From assembly GCA_040954595.2 (NCBI GenBank), contig CM082581.2, forward strand, positions 4,394,699-4,458,698: a stretch of 64,000 nucleotides of DNA. The letters are read 5' to 3'. Source of the stretch: Balanoglossus misakiensis (taxonomy: Eukaryota > Animalia > Hemichordata). Under the pieces are notes generated by a model, which was not told the origin of the DNA, ran no database searches, and was given only the letters and a program-made list of their open reading frames with translations. Positions 13,935 through 28,019 of this stretch are shown here, piece after piece. How positions within the stretch are numbered: position 1 is the stretch's first letter; each line of letters begins with the position of its first letter. The position numbers were made by a program, and so were the translations under genes.

Positions 13935-16330
13935 TCCTTTCCTGATATCAAAGTCTTAAAAAATACAAGATGTAATACATCTTTGGAGATTCTATACAAT
14001 TTCTAGTAATGCCCTGCTCCTAGTGACGTCTTGCTGTGGCTTTGTATTCATTAGTGGATACTTAGTCCGTATTCAAAAAAGTCATAAGGCTCTTAAAATT
14101 GACGTTTTCGTCACAAATCTCGAATATTTGTCAAAGAGCAGCGCGGTCGGGTTCTCCACTGAATATTTCCGGAGAGACAAAAAGTTTAAGGTATTGTCTT
14201 CTTACAATGTATCTCCCTGTGCATGAAATATGATACATGTATAATATGGCACATTCGCTTCTGGGGTTTTACTATGGAATCCCATGATGCCGAATTTTAA
14301 ACCAACTTGAGACTTGTGCATATACAATGTAGTACTTATCTTCTATTTCAATCGCAATGATATTCAGTTGTCTCATGATCCTTCTCGGTGAATCATTCTG
14401 GATGTTACCTTTCTGAATTTTACACTACAGACTTGTCGCACACCAATAATTTCGTTTATACTGTCTGATATGAAATAGACGAAATAATATGTTGTCTTGG
14501 AGGTGTGTAAAATGTATAAAAACGCTAAAGATTTTAACATCCACCGTGTATATGTAACAACGTCTGCCTTTCAGTTCGTCTGTTGTACGGAATCGACGTG
14601 CAGCAGTATAACCAAGTGTCTATATGTGCCATTTCATAACGGTAATATTAGTCCAGCAATTATCGTTAATGTACAAGACATTTGGCTTGACTTGGATGTT
14701 ACAAAAAATATCCAAACGCTTAACAATATTGGCCCGAAGATTAATGATTACCTTTAAGTCGGATATTTATTTTTTGAACATTGAACTTTTTCCCGTCCCT
14801 TTGAATCGCAGATGGAGATGTTATCATCATGATATCATAATCGGGATAGTTTAATGGTTCTAGCATAACCATTTGCAGCTAATAATAGTGATGTCTTGAG
14901 ATAAATTCTATAAACGACCGGGAAGTAAATGAGGGATGGTGGATTTTACTTTACCACTGTCACTACCAATGCCATTAAGACTTAATTTATGGATATGACT
15001 TTTTAGCTTGTGTTTCAAAGTTATTTTTTTTTATAAAAGGCAGGTCACATGGAAAGTCTTCAGGGGAGTATGAATATGGTCTGTTGATCAACAGGTACAT
15101 GTACAAATGTAAGCAATGACTGTTTTGGTATACACGATATCTTTAAATGACAGCATGCAAGTTAAAAACGGCGAAATCCAACAAGGCCACGCCACGGTGA
15201 CGTATTTCATGCTATTGTTAAATCGTAAATTTAGTTTTGTGGGTCCACCCTTTAATCATTTGGAAAATAAATCTCCACTTTAAGTTCATACACCATTTTT
15301 GGATAGACAGCGTGGCAGCTCTGCGGTTGAGTTGAGGAAAGTAGCGTCAACAAAGCAGTATATAGGTCCTTCAAGCGTGTTGTAGTGAATAATATTAGCG
15401 CGAAGACATCCTGCCAGTGTGCTCTTTGCAACAAATAATATCACCATCGATGAGTACAGAGTAAATTGAAATGTGTGCACCATTAGCCATTAATCATGGA
15501 AGGTCGCTTTTCAGTTCAGATATCCATATATGAAATATTTTTGAATCCTATATTCCATTTGTGTTGCAACCGAGTACTCAGAAGGAGACAATACCACATA
15601 AACCAGGGCCTGAGATTCCGCCATCAATGACTGTGAGTCAATACAGAAGGCGTTTATTTTTTAAACCGCTGTTTGAAGCTGTTATGGTTTTATGTATACA
15701 ATGAACTCATTTTATCCTAAGAAAGAAACGTGTGACTTTAACGATACTGTAGCAAAGCTTCTGCAGGACATGTTTTCCATCATATTCACTTGTCGTTCGA
15801 GAGGATTAGTGCCGTTTTGATAGTTCCCATCGGCAGCATCTTCTCTCGTTTCGGGTTTTCATCATAACACCTTCAGCTTCTCTGAACACCTGCCGCCGTC
15901 CGTAGTTTTTTTCGTCAGCACAAAATGAGAAGCGAGATATATTAATGAAATCCATAGTAAAGTCTACATTTGCCAGGCGGTAATACCATAATAATACCAT
16001 AAATGGTGTCATCTTGAAAAACTACGATATACGAGAACGGATATTCAGCTATATGCACTCCCGCCTCACCATAAAAGACACCGAATGTTATTGACTTGTT
16101 CTCGTATAAGTTGTTCAGAAGACGCTACTTCACTTTTGTTGAATTCAATCATTTCATTTACTTCAACAATATCGGCAATTTTAATTATTGGTTTTGACTT
16201 TTGAAATTATTATTTCGTCCCGCTGAAGGCGTTATATAACGTTTACTCGAGCGTCTCTCGAAGATGTACGGAGCAATGTATCCGTAAACATTTTACGTTT
16301 AAGTTGTACTTTCACTAGTTAAGTTTTGTT
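13935..16330 (-). pseudogene. Decayed TLR-like gene (unit 5)
   Basis: LRRs RLANVDFTMDFINISRFSF (ORF 15806-16012), TFLNSTAELPRCLSKNGV*T*SGDLFSK*L (15342-15253), KLNLRFN (15237-15217), DLKVIINLRANIVKRL (from 14760). LRRCT VLYINDNCW...KW...DELKGRR (~14680-14560); most of these share one frame. TIR-spaced GDTL*EDN...SLRK...YSRFV and RNCIESP...YFLRL (14220-13950). Confidence 0.7.
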
Positions 16331-18306
16331 CAGAAGATTTTAATTGGTTTTATTACATTTATTGCAATAAATCATTCCGTGTCCATAACTTTCACTTCCC
16401 GTTTTCAGCATCTCATCCAAGAGTATAGCGTTTACGTAAAAGGCAACCTTCATAGTTGTTGTGTGACGAAATTCAGGTTTCCCGTCTTCCTGTCCGCAGC
16501 ACACGGCAGAGCGAATGATGCGACTAACATGAGACACGGACGCATGTATAACGCTTCACAGTGACTAATGACGCTAATACAACATTACACCTTCAAGGGC
16601 CATCGGGGAATTCGCAAATCCGTGACTGTCTCCTGTGGTCGTGATAAAGAAGTCCTGCCTCTACATGCTGGAATCGGCCTTAATCTGTCTTCATCTCCAC
16701 TGCCATAAATTCGGGCATTTAGATCATTAACACTTTAACTTGTTAGCAATCGTGATGGGGGATTATCACGGGCGTACATGTATAACACATAATGTGTATT
16801 TCAGTATTCCATTTGATCTGGCAGACATTTTGTTTCAGTGATGACGTCATTGAGTTAATCGACAGTAGGCCTAATCGGTAAATTGTTTCTTAGTCAAGAT
16901 TGGCATAATCTAACACACCCTCACTGCAAAACAAAGGATTGACTCCACAAAGGGTTTTGGGACGGAGTGTTTAACTTGGGGGTGTTTTTTGTTTGTTTGT
17001 TTGTTGGGAGACTTCTTTATTTTTGTCAAATATACGACAACTCACTTTTGTCTTAAAGCACAACTTCATAATACTTACATGTATTTTCGTTAAATTAAAT
17101 ACATGACAGCATTTTTTTTCAATCGATACAAAGTAATGAGAGGTAATAGTTGTCTTGATTAGTGTCTTTTCGTTCATTCATACAATGTACAATGGAAATG
17201 AACACGTGAATCAGTCATGCCATATCACAACATGGCTACCAAGCGATGCATGGAACACTCCAACTTGAAGCGTTGAAGTGGGGAGATAGATGCAACCAAA
17301 GCATTGTCGACTATACAAAAACATGCATTTTAGGCCCTCATTTAAATATATGGTATAAGGAACCCGGAAATACATACAAATAATTAATTAAAGAGTACAA
17401 GTTACTGAATGTCCTTCATTGAAAGGTTTTGACATGAAACATTGCTGTGTGGTTTCTTAAGCATAATTCATTTCAACGATATCGTTGTACCGTCTTCGAT
17501 ATTAGGTGAGAGTTGTATGTGAGAGCTAAAAGATATGTGGCAGTAAGAACAAAATGATGCACACAAGAACAACACGCACATTGCAAACCATCACGTGTCA
17601 CACACGCTTTTGCCATTACCTGTGGGAGTAGCATTAAGTGCGCATTTTGTATACAAGCATTCGCGATAACGTGCCGGGTATGTGGGTAGACATGATTTGT
17701 TGATAGCTGAAGCTTGCACGGTGTGTGTTCACGTGACACCGGGGCGGGGTAACTCTACCAACCTGGGTATATTGTCTTAGCTAGTTTTGTTACTATTAAC
17801 GCACCTAAATTACGAGTATCTTACGGAATAATAAAAGTTACCGTGTCAAAATTATATTTACTCTACGTCCGATGCATGTAAGTAGATGTTACTCGTGTCA
17901 CTAGTTTCTTAGAAAGACGCACTCGGAAAGAAATATCCAGTGTTTTTTTCCGTGGGCCGTCTGTGAGATGTCGTTGAGAAGGCAATCACCTTCCATATTG
18001 TCGCCTCGGATTGGCCTTGGGCGTTTCTGTTACAAATTATGTCGGTCTTTTAGGAGAATAGTAGGAATTCTAGTTCTTGGGTTGTTTTAAGTATGCCGAA
18101 AAAGGTTGGCGACCCATTTGGATACTACAGTTACGCTTCGGATTACTTATTGGAATTGGTACACCGTGTTCTCGAAAGTACTTCAGTGTTTCAGCTGCAC
18201 TTGTTCAGAAAATGGCGATATTTAAAACGTTCTGTGTTCTGTATGCTAATGTGGGGAGAACCAATCAGTATCCTTGAAGAGCTGTAGGTCAGTTTCAAAG
18301 AATAAT

Positions 18307-18367
18307 TAAATATAACTACATGTATCTCCTAAGACCCTGTCTTAGGAGATACATGTAGTTATATTTA
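18307..18367. repeat. Perfect inverted repeat: 29-bp arms with a 3-nt loop
   Basis: taaatataactacatgtatctcctaagac-cct-gtcttaggagatacatgtagttatattta; the two arms are exact reverse complements. Confidence 0.97.
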
Positions 18368-18879
18368 CTTGAAGATGCCAAATAGAATGCGGAATTTCTC
18401 AGAGATCATAAACATATAAACGTTTTGCCATAAAATACGCGGTTAGCGTCGATAAGTATGAGATACAAAATTTCTGAGCTAACAGTCAAACTGCCTCAAA
18501 ATGGCCAATAATTGAAATTCGAAATGGTCAATTTTAACGTTATCGGGATTTTCTTGAAAATATGGTGTATAATTTATGATTATAGACTAGATTTACATTA
18601 CACTGGGAATTGTTAAAGTTAGAAATTTTTTACTGTCTTCTTTTGCATTAAATTCTGCATATACATGTAGCTCAGTCATACGTAGATAAATCCAATAGCA
18701 CAATAAAAAGGTATTCGTCACCATGCACAGTTCTCGATAAACTACAGTAATTAATGTTTTGCTCATAGAAGAGCAATCGGTGAATCGATTGTTAATATAT
18801 CCGAAGTATGGATTGTGATGACACATCAAAGGAAAAATTTTATATCCGCGATCCAAAAATTGGTCATTTAAAATAAATC

Positions 18880-19220
18880 TTATACTATATCATGCTACCG
18901 TCCGCCATTCTGATTGGACGAGAGCTAAATCCAGCGATGACAAAATACTGTTTCATCACAGCTAGGTACAGCTGGCAGTGGTAAAACGGGCCCCTGAACT
19001 AGGACGCAGCAACGAAAATGTGCGGTTAAACCACAGTCGCGTCGGGTCAAACCCAACTGCTTTTTATTTAGGAACTACTCTGTGGGAATATTTGGCACTT
19101 TGCCATGCGCGATGCCTGTCTTGTCACTTTTTGTCGTGTGCTTCGGGTCCTCAGCCGGGCGCTCGTGTTTACATTCATCGTGATATATGTCTCGGTCTCG
19201 CGGCGGGGGTTATTGCTTAA
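18880..19220. mobile_element. Probable non-autonomous repeat insertion (unclassified)
   Basis: GC/CpG-richer island starting tatactatat...ctgattggacgagagc and ending ggggttattgcttaa, with no LRR signal, interrupting unit 6. The family is not verifiable here. Confidence 0.3.
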
Positions 19221-21249
19221 ATGGACTATATTTCTGGCGACATTTCTTTCATTGCACTTTACTCGAAGGACATTACAAATTCAAGTGAAAGAACTCCATC
19301 GATGGCTAATATCATCCATGCGTCGCGGAAACTGCAAAACGTTTTTCCCCGCTTTAACAAATGCTTGATAATATAACCTTCGGTAAATGTCTTCCGGTAT
19401 AATGTAAACAAATATAGTGCGGAAGCATTTATCATTGGGTTAAAGTATCCACGTTGGAAAGTCCCACTGGATATATAGTTACAGGCAAGGCGGCCTGGGA
19501 CATCGACTGGCACTTAAAAATCATAAATTCCAGAGTGCCTGAAGATGTATATTCTGCATTGCCCTACTATTCCAACATCCACATTTGGTAAAAAAATAAC
19601 TTTTTCCCCAAAGATCACTTTAGAAGACATGCCCCCTAACCCACCTTCTGCTAAGTGGAAGTTCCCTTGGCGTCAGGACCATTATTGATTTCTTGAATGT
19701 GAAGTATATTTACGCTTAATTGTTACACCAGAAATGTGGTATATTCTTAATGTTGATCCTATAACTAATGGCTGTCCATTTTGGCATCTTTTCCCAACTG
19801 ATAACAGACGAGTGGACACCTATTGTAACGGCCTATATGTCCATCGCCACCTATAACCCACAATTTGTTTGATGGTTGCAATTGTTGAAAAATACATATT
19901 TAGACGACTCCATAAAAGCGTCATAATGAATGAATGAATGAAGGCTAACACGTTTGCTTTTATGTTGCATGTTGCATCTAATACGTCAAGGACTGTTCGG
20001 TGGTTTCTTGAAAGGATTTCCATATTTCTGCACCCAGCCCTTATGAATAAAGCATATGCGTAATTTTACACGCGAGTGGTTCATATGCATTGTTAATATT
20101 GTTAGAACTTCTGGAGACGTTACGGCTGGTCACAGTGCATGCATGTATGACGCAATACGTATTGGACTCTGTGCAGCGGACGATTGAAAATTGGCGCGAA
20201 GACTGGAGACTGCGCCACCATAACGACAGGTGGTTCGGCAATAAAATATACATAAACTATTCTGGGTGTGGTTTCCGCCATGAACGCTTATAGCGCGAGC
20301 ACTCGAGAATAAGTCTTCAGTGCAAGAGTAGCCACCTTGCAGCCCAGACGTGCATGCCCTTTTGTCGGTGTGGTCATGGCAACTGAAACATAGATCATCA
20401 TAGTTGCTCTGTCTTATTAGTAAATACACACGGTGATGTCATCAACAAGGTAGGGCCATGGTTTTAAACCGGTTATGAATCTACGCAAGGCGTCCGAGTA
20501 ACTTGACAATTACAAGACACGTTTTCTTTGCGGCGTTAAAAGTCTGCTGGAGGGTGCCTCATGCTGCTTCGAGAAGTTTGACACGGACGTGAGTACAATA
20601 AAGGTAAGTCTGGTTTGTTAGATAGCATTAAAATAAACCATCGTTACTCAGGACCGAGCTGAAGGACTACCGATTTAATATACTTTTCGAGTGAAAAAAA
20701 TCATGTCTTATTCAACTACGCGCAAATAATTTACAACGGGAGCAAGAGCGTTGTACTATTTGGATTCAGTATGCACCTAGCTGCTTGTACTCAAGTTGGC
20801 GTTCGTGATGAAAACACTTGCGTTGACCGTGTATTAGTACGTCAATTAATCCTGGAGCGACAATCTGTCATTCATTACCCTGCCGAACTGAGACGTCTTG
20901 TCGTGATATACCCAGATCATGTACGCTATTATACTAATATGCGGCTCTCCGGAAGAGTGTATTAATCATCAGAACTGATATAGTTGTAATCCTTATTTGA
21001 AGAAAACAGTAAGAGTCGGACTAAAATGAGTGATTCTATCTTACTTGAAGAAAGTAGTTGTATGACATGTGCAAGCGGCTGCAATAGGCTGACTGACAGG
21101 GCGTCAGAAAATCGTGTCTAGACGATTCTCACAGGATCATTATTTTCAAAGTGTTCTTGTCAAATGACAAATTTCATCTTCGTCAGCGTCGTCCACCTAT
21201 AAGTGTAATCGATACAAGGAGGTTTATTGAATTAACTGTCAGTCTTCAG

Positions 21250-23600
21250 ATGCAAACTTAAGACGGAGACGATCCAGCATAAATTGCATTACGACTCAAT
21301 GTCTTTTTATCTTAATTGCTTCAAATTGACAGCGGATTGCTTGATTTCCCGGGCATTGCAAGAGAGAAGCCTTCGGGTTCAGCAATGCCAGTGCTTGAAA
21401 TTTAGAAAAAAAAAGACGACTTCGATATTCAAAAGTGGTCTTCTTGCGGCGGTGCTTAAAAACCGATGACTTTTAAATCCCGGGCATCAGTTAAGTTATT
21501 GAAGCAAGAATACTTGAGCGTCATTCACGCGGACTATCCGTTTCCAAAGTGCGCGTTTATCCGTCACCCCCCGCCCCCCCCCCCTCCCGCCCAGTCACGT
21601 CGACTTCACCCGGCCGGTCCACCCTTGATATCATTTCGAGTTGGTTCGGATCATATCGCGGCGGTTAACTAGCCGTACATGTATATCACTTAACTTGAAC
21701 ATCAAAATTTAAGAGGCTTCGCTTTTCGTTATTAATCCACTTGCTGACGTCTTCACATAGCCGGATTTGCAGTTGTTTGAAGAGATGAAACGTGACTGAC
21801 AAGGTGGGTTTTCTGAAACAGATATACATTGTACACTGGAAATACTATAGTAGTCGGTCAATAGCGAATCATCGAATCTGGGATTTGCGAAAAAAAAGAT
21901 GTGAACTCCCCCTATGTCGTTAATTCGGGTATTGCCATTCATAACACGCACAATTTGCCCGAAACAAAACGAAGTACGCACCCATTATAATATCAGGTAT
22001 GACAACCGCTGCGAGGGATTCAATGAAAACACTGCCGATATCTACTGCGGTACAATCAAGCGTTTCCTTTTTAATAACGCTGCTGCCCCAAGCGACAATC
22101 TTGTTGTGGGGAGAAAACTTTCATTTGATTTCGCCAGTATTATTACATGTACAATTTGTTCTCATTACCTTGCAACACCTACCTCGTATTCCACAGTTGC
22201 TCAGAGGTTTTCACTTAATTTCAAAGTGAAAGAGGCATCCTGGGGTGCCGTAAGTATCACAGATATCATTTCCGCTTGACCGTTTTCAAACGCGGGAGCA
22301 GCAATATCCTGGAGTCCCAGTGCATGGTGGTTCTTCACGACCAGATAATCAACTACATCTTTAACCAAACTATGGGTACTAAGTTTCAAAATCGACAATA
22401 TAACCCTATTTTGGGACTTTTATTCCATGGTGACTCGAAACGGACAGAAACAGTCATGACAATCGCATTAGAGCTTTAGGTGGTTACTAAGGTGAGACTT
22501 TTTAACTTAACAATCGGAAAGACATGACCCCTGCTGATGTCTTTGATGTCAGAACATACATGATACAATTTGAAAGTTGATACATTATACTGTTGTTTTG
22601 GTGAAAACAGCATGTCTTCAAAGGGCCAAATATTGTGTTTCCCGCATTGAGTAAAAGGCTGAAAAGGGGGAAATATCGGCCATCTGAATTGTACTGACTC
22701 CCAGAAGGTTACTGGCAAAGGTTAGTTCCATATCCTCATTTCTAGCAAAGCTGCGAGCCGATTCACAATGATCAACTTGAACGAGTCATGTTGACATTAA
22801 ATAGAACGACTTCACTCCCGAAGGAAATCATAAACATGTACATACATGTACTGCCCGCTTCTATGGTCAGTGCCCGGGGACCAGGGTACCATCTCTTCTA
22901 TAGCTGGCGACGCGTCTTCTGCATGGTCGCCAGACAGTGTCTTTGCAGCCTGAGACTTGAGAATGAGACTTTTACGTTTTGTATGAGAACCAGGTCGACA
23001 GTCACACCTCAAGTGCTACTTTAATAGTCATTCACGACTCTGAATATCATTCTGTTTGGTGAAGAATTCGAAGTCGGTGAGCACTGGTGGTCGTGAAAAA
23101 CGCAACTAAAACATGGTGTTTGTTATAAAACGCTTTGTACCTGGCCGTAAGGGCCGTGACACCCGTTTACACTACATGGCTGTGAGCTACTGGCATGTCT
23201 GGTAATTCACTGCGGGCCCTTGAGAAACATCCACAGAACATAACAGCATACTGGCCCCAGTTGCGGAATTCATTTACAACTCTATTTCCGCGAAAGCCCG
23301 GATGTGCGTAAATTGCTGCATGTGTAATACATGTACCACAGTCTGCTCTAACGCACACGAATTCTATCGACATTTCAGAGTTGCACGTGTCGTTGCCACC
23401 TGCAAAATACACATTGACAGTGAGAGACAAGTGCGCAGGTTACTCCGGGCTGTATTTTTGTCAACTGCGTCCCTGGAAATCTGTTCACACCATCGATGCG
23501 CGTCTGAAGCGCAGCCGGTGACCAGGCTACTGGGCCAATGGCCCTTTTCAACCAGGCACGGGGACAAGCACAGTGTTCTAACACTTTCTTCATATTAGCA
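21250..23600 (-). pseudogene. Decayed TLR-like gene (unit 7)
   Basis: Cys-rich N-cap HCQC...YTCSN (~23420-23312). LRRs ISPFSAFYSMRETQYLAL (~22674-22621), IKDISRGHVFPIVKLKSLTL...SSNAI (ORF 22476-22718), LQDIAAPAFEN...LKLSENL (ORF 22201-22398). TM-like VFIESLAAVVIPDIIMGAYFVLF (~22030-21963). TIR motifs FISSN, DVSKWINNE, FKLSDIHVR, RDMI (~21790-21648). Confidence 0.6.
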
Positions 23601-23879
23601 CGTTTGGATTAGTTAGGCCCCATGTGTCAATTGGTGAAATCCTTCACACACACTGGAGAACTTAATACAGATATTTGCTTCAGAACGGTATGATTGCATT
23701 GGCAGTTTCGCATCATTTAGCGCTAATTTGCAAGTTCATTGCATTCGGTCACTATATAATACACATCTAAAAAGGAAAATCAAAATTTGATGACACGTCA
23801 CCACAAATATACCTCTAGGCTGATAGTATTTCACACTACAGATAATTGCCAACGTTCACGTTTTCAAACACATATATTC

Positions 23880-26800
23880 AGGTCATGTCTGGTTATATTT
23901 GATGAGTGGTATACTTAAGCTAATATCTCGGTTTTGGTGAAGTGCTGCTTTTTGCTGGTATACTCACGGAGTCTTTATTCAAGCGTTGGTTGGCATGTGG
24001 ACGTAGAATTACGGGTGTGTAATACTTTAGCACAACCAATGTTTACACGGTGCAAAATAGTGAAATTTCTGGAGAGAAAATATGTTGCATTACAAATAAA
24101 GCTCGCGTTTTATGTAGAGGGCTTACGCGAAGGAATTTAGAGGGTGCCAGCAACAGGAAAATCGTATTGACATCGTTGCTATGTAACACACAAATTTAAT
24201 TGTTCTCATGTTTGTGGCATTTGAGACATTTAAATATGTCAACAGTAGAATTATAGAAATATATTTTTGGTGGATTAAAGCGAAAAAGACAGTTATAGAG
24301 TGAACATGTGAACGTGCATGACTTGTCCACAGTTGGGCTTACTGGGGCGAAATCTGGAGAAAAAAGACAAGAAAACGGGCAGTTATTTTAATTAAATCTA
24401 AACCCTTGAACGTTAATTGGAACTCTGGTAGCTATCTCAGTTCTTCAGCAATGCAACCGCAAATGCGCATTTTTGCATGGAAGCGTTTATAATTTGTATT
24501 TTAGCATAAAACAGTAGTGATAAAACTAAACAGCAACCGTAAATAATAATGATCCGTTTGTCATGGGGACGCTAACGCTTCCTATAGTCATAAAACAGTC
24601 AACAAAATGAAAATTTGAAAACGTTGGCTACAAACGGAGAAAATAAAAATTGTATGAATAAAACACCGACACGTTTTACCTTTATGCAAATTGTGTACAG
24701 ATAATCATTCTTTTTCTTCTTAGGCTTTTTAAATGCGATCGTGAAATAACATGCTTGCAGAAAGGAATTATTAAAGGTTTAAACTTAAAGCCATGTCAGT
24801 TACGCTCCTTCATAGTTTGGTGTCGGTTTTCGCCTTTATTGATCCTTGTAGCAACACACGGCGTCACTTAACATATTTCAACAGACTTTTTATTGGCATT
24901 TTTATTTACATTTTTCCAGAACGCTGCTGATTGTTGGAGTATCAAAAATGCCCCAAATCAAGTAAAATCATTTCATGAAGAATTGACGAAACGTGTCGAA
25001 ACACAGAAAAAAACAGAGTTTCAAATCCCTTATCTACATCAATAGATCTTATATTGGTTACTGTGGGAAGCACTTAATCTTCCCTTGCAAACACTGCATG
25101 TTCTGCAAATATTGCGAATAATAACGATACCCGTTGAGATACATTGATTTAAACCAGCGACACTGTTCAGAATTACCCGCGAGCATTCGTGTTGAATGTG
25201 AACTTGAGGTAGCAACTAAGTTTTGAACCGGAATAGATCAATGCATAAGTGCATATCTGTGATTATTCGTCAAAAGACGAAAATACTCCGGGAAAATTTT
25301 CTTCACTTTCGTACTTACCAAAGAAGTAGTATTCTGTATCCAGGTGATTCCGTACTAAGTGTAATGCCATAGATCTCAGACACCCATAAATGTACTCATA
25401 AAACTCTTGCAAATTGCATCTGCTGAATGACCTCTTGAAGAAAGTCTTTCAACGGGCTTTAAAACAAGCTCACTGGATTTATTACAAAGTACCTCTTACT
25501 GACTAAAACGGAAAGTGATCATGTGTTTATTTAAGAGATGTACATGTAACATCTATTGAACACCGATGTTACGAAGCAGCATGACTGGAATTTATTTCAA
25601 CTCACAAACATTTTTCGAATCAATAACAGGGGCAAGCACATTTCAACACTTGAACATAAGCATTTCCAGTTCATATAATTTTACTGTCTACATAAAGTTC
25701 ATCCGAAAAATATCATCTTGAAGTTTGAATAAGTTGATACGTACACACGCCACGACAATAATCAGCAGTTCGATAAAATAAGCGTTTGATATAATAATAG
25801 CAATATCATTATTATTAATCATAAAACCATGTGAGCTTGTTAATTTAACCTTATAATTTTATAATTCATAATGGCTAAAAAGGGTAAGACCGCAAGCAAA
25901 CGTTCCACTAACAAATGATGCGCAAGACTCCTGCTTAGATGAACAATCAATTAGTGGGTCCGTGAACCTGAGACTTTTGTAAGAATCCTCGGGAGTCAAT
26001 CACAGGGAACATTAGAACGACACGGTCGAGTTGTAAACATTCATAATTACAATGGAATTATTCCCTTTTGGCGTAGACATGCAGTACACCGAGAGTCACA
26101 AAAAATACCCGAGTTAATTAGCCAGCCCGGCCATTTCAATTATCGAAAATCACTTCCCTCGTAAATTGTTGCACTGTCGTGACTTGTTAGCTGCTTGACA
26201 CATCGAGTGTTTCCCCTTTCATCGACAATACCAAAATGTGAGTGGATGGGTGCGGCGCGAATGGAATACTGATCTCCTAGGGAAAGAAGCCCGAGCTATC
26301 TAAAGTGCCACGCGTGTGTCAAGATAGTGTAATAAGTAAAATTTGAAAAGAGCCTGGTGCATGCCAGAGTAGTTGTTATAATTAAAGGTTGCGACCTTGG
26401 AGCTGGCGAAATAAACCATTTCTGCACGTGTTAATGTATGTCACACAATTCGCACAAGACATGGACGGCATTTTAACAAAGGTTGTGGGTATGAAACGTA
26501 AATGCAGACTGTAGTCACCTCAGTTAATGTATAGATGCGACAGAATTACATAGTCATTGGACAAATATTAATTTTGGAAACCTTTTCATCCGAAGAATAC
26601 GAATTGTTATTCATTTAGGTCGAAGGGTGCCTGTATGAACTGACCCTGAAGAAATTGAGTGGAAATGCTAGTTTGTAACCAATTTTAACCACATAAACAT
26701 ACAATTGCCATGTATATAAAAATACGAGGAGTGCGTCTTGATGAAATTAAGAATATATTTTGAGACCTCGTGATTAAGTAACCCCTTATAAGAGTCTACA

Positions 26801-27850
26801 TGTTTCGCAGCCAAAACTGCATAACGTGTTCAAAATGCAATCAACTAATTTAAGAAATGATGAATAAAATGATCTAAAGTGAAATCCATCAAATTTGGCA
26901 AATTACTTACAGTCGTTTTAGTGACCGGCTAACCTCATGAAAATGTTAGTAGAATAAACCTGAGGATTTCATCAAACCGAGTCATCTGAAACATAAAGTT
27001 TCTCTGATGCTTTTTAGGACATTTCTTGTCAACATTTTGAAATTTCAAAGTCAACTCGTCGCGTGTAGCAATATTTTCAAGAAGTTTGTCGTTCGAAGAT
27101 ATTGTAAAATGGCTGCAAATGACGAAGGAAACGACAAGGACAATATCTCGCACATATCTTATACACTTGAGATAAAGAGTCGCAAAGTCACGATAATATA
27201 CGTCATGATTACTTACGTTAGTGTTTACGTACAAAATGTATGGTTCTCAATGCCAACATATGGCGTCACAGTGCCATGAGTGAGTATGAAATGAACAGCC
27301 TCATTACGGAACTTACGCGACAACGAGACAAATATTCCCTGATTGACACTATTATAATATTTAATTATAAAGGATACTTGCAGTAAGGTGATGACTCATC
27401 AAGGTCTCCGTGTCTCAACCCTTGACAAATGTTTCTCATTAAACGCAATTATACCATGCACAGGAGTGAAAGAAACGGAATATCAGACTCTTGTAATTGT
27501 TTCTATGAGGAAGAGACGTGTTCGAGAAGCTAGCTGTCGTGCCCTACAAAACCAGATATTATACTTCAATGCCTTTGTGCAACCTACTTGGAAGAACGAA
27601 TGAAGTACGCATAGTTGCTACACGAGGAAATGCTAAATGGAAAGCCCTTTACTGCACTCAAGTCGTTAGAGCTGAAAGTCACGACTGCTTGTCCTGGTGG
27701 CCACACAGCAAAATACTGTATTGGTTGTGTTCATAGAGCAGAAGCCCAGGACAGACACAGTCCCTTGAGTATTTCTTATGACAGAGTAATGAATGATGAC
27801 TTCGTAGAAATAATGAAATAATCGGTATCCACGCAGGTGAACACGCCTTT
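23880..27850 (-). pseudogene. Decayed TLR-like gene (unit 8) with repeat insertions
   Basis: Signal/LRRNT WIPIISLFL...DCVC...LLCGHQ (ORF 27679-27888). LRRs VTFSSNDLSAVKGFPF (~27683-27636), FIPTTFVKMPSM, INTCRNGLFRQL (~26500-26400), STFMGV*DL/ALHLVRNHL (~25397-25343). LRRCT MLAGNSEQCRW (~25186-25154). TIR-like KFVC...DFPVAGTL and TRALFV/FLSRNF (~24200-24060). Confidence 0.62.
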
Positions 27851-28019
27851 ATTTTTCCGCGATTGTCTGAACGTCCCCCCCCCACCATTTCGTCTTAGAA
27901 GCAAATTCTCTTAACACGGTGCATTTATTATTGATGTGTCAATTCAATGTGTGCCCCTATTTTACATGTAAAAGCACTTTCATTTCTATAATTGGTAAAA
28001 CTGTAATGCATATCAATGA

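Larger units (their letters stand above)
16340..20450 (-). pseudogene. Decayed TLR-like gene (unit 6), expanded by repeat insertions
   Basis: LRRNT CFSC..RACTSGLQ...LFSSARAISVHGGN (ORF 20130-20429). LRRs VLDVLDATCN (ORF 19820-20023), YRELCMVTNTF (ORF 18593-18856), KLQLSTNHVYPHTRHVIAN (ORF 17473-17739), TFSNLYSLINYL (~17413-17378). LRRCT-like W*PCCDMA*L (~17243-17212). TIR box2 spacing VCCGQEDGKPE (ORF 16340-16537). Confidence 0.55.

Noticed and set aside
23255-23310. Beta/gamma-crystallin-like IYAHPGFRG...FRNWG
   Set aside because: Short isolated similarity inside LRR unit 7 with no second Greek-key motif.
25205-25225. let-7-like seed TGAGGTAG (also miR-193-like AACTGGCCTA at ~50908)
   Set aside because: Only the seed region matches; the remainder differs and no precursor hairpin was seen.
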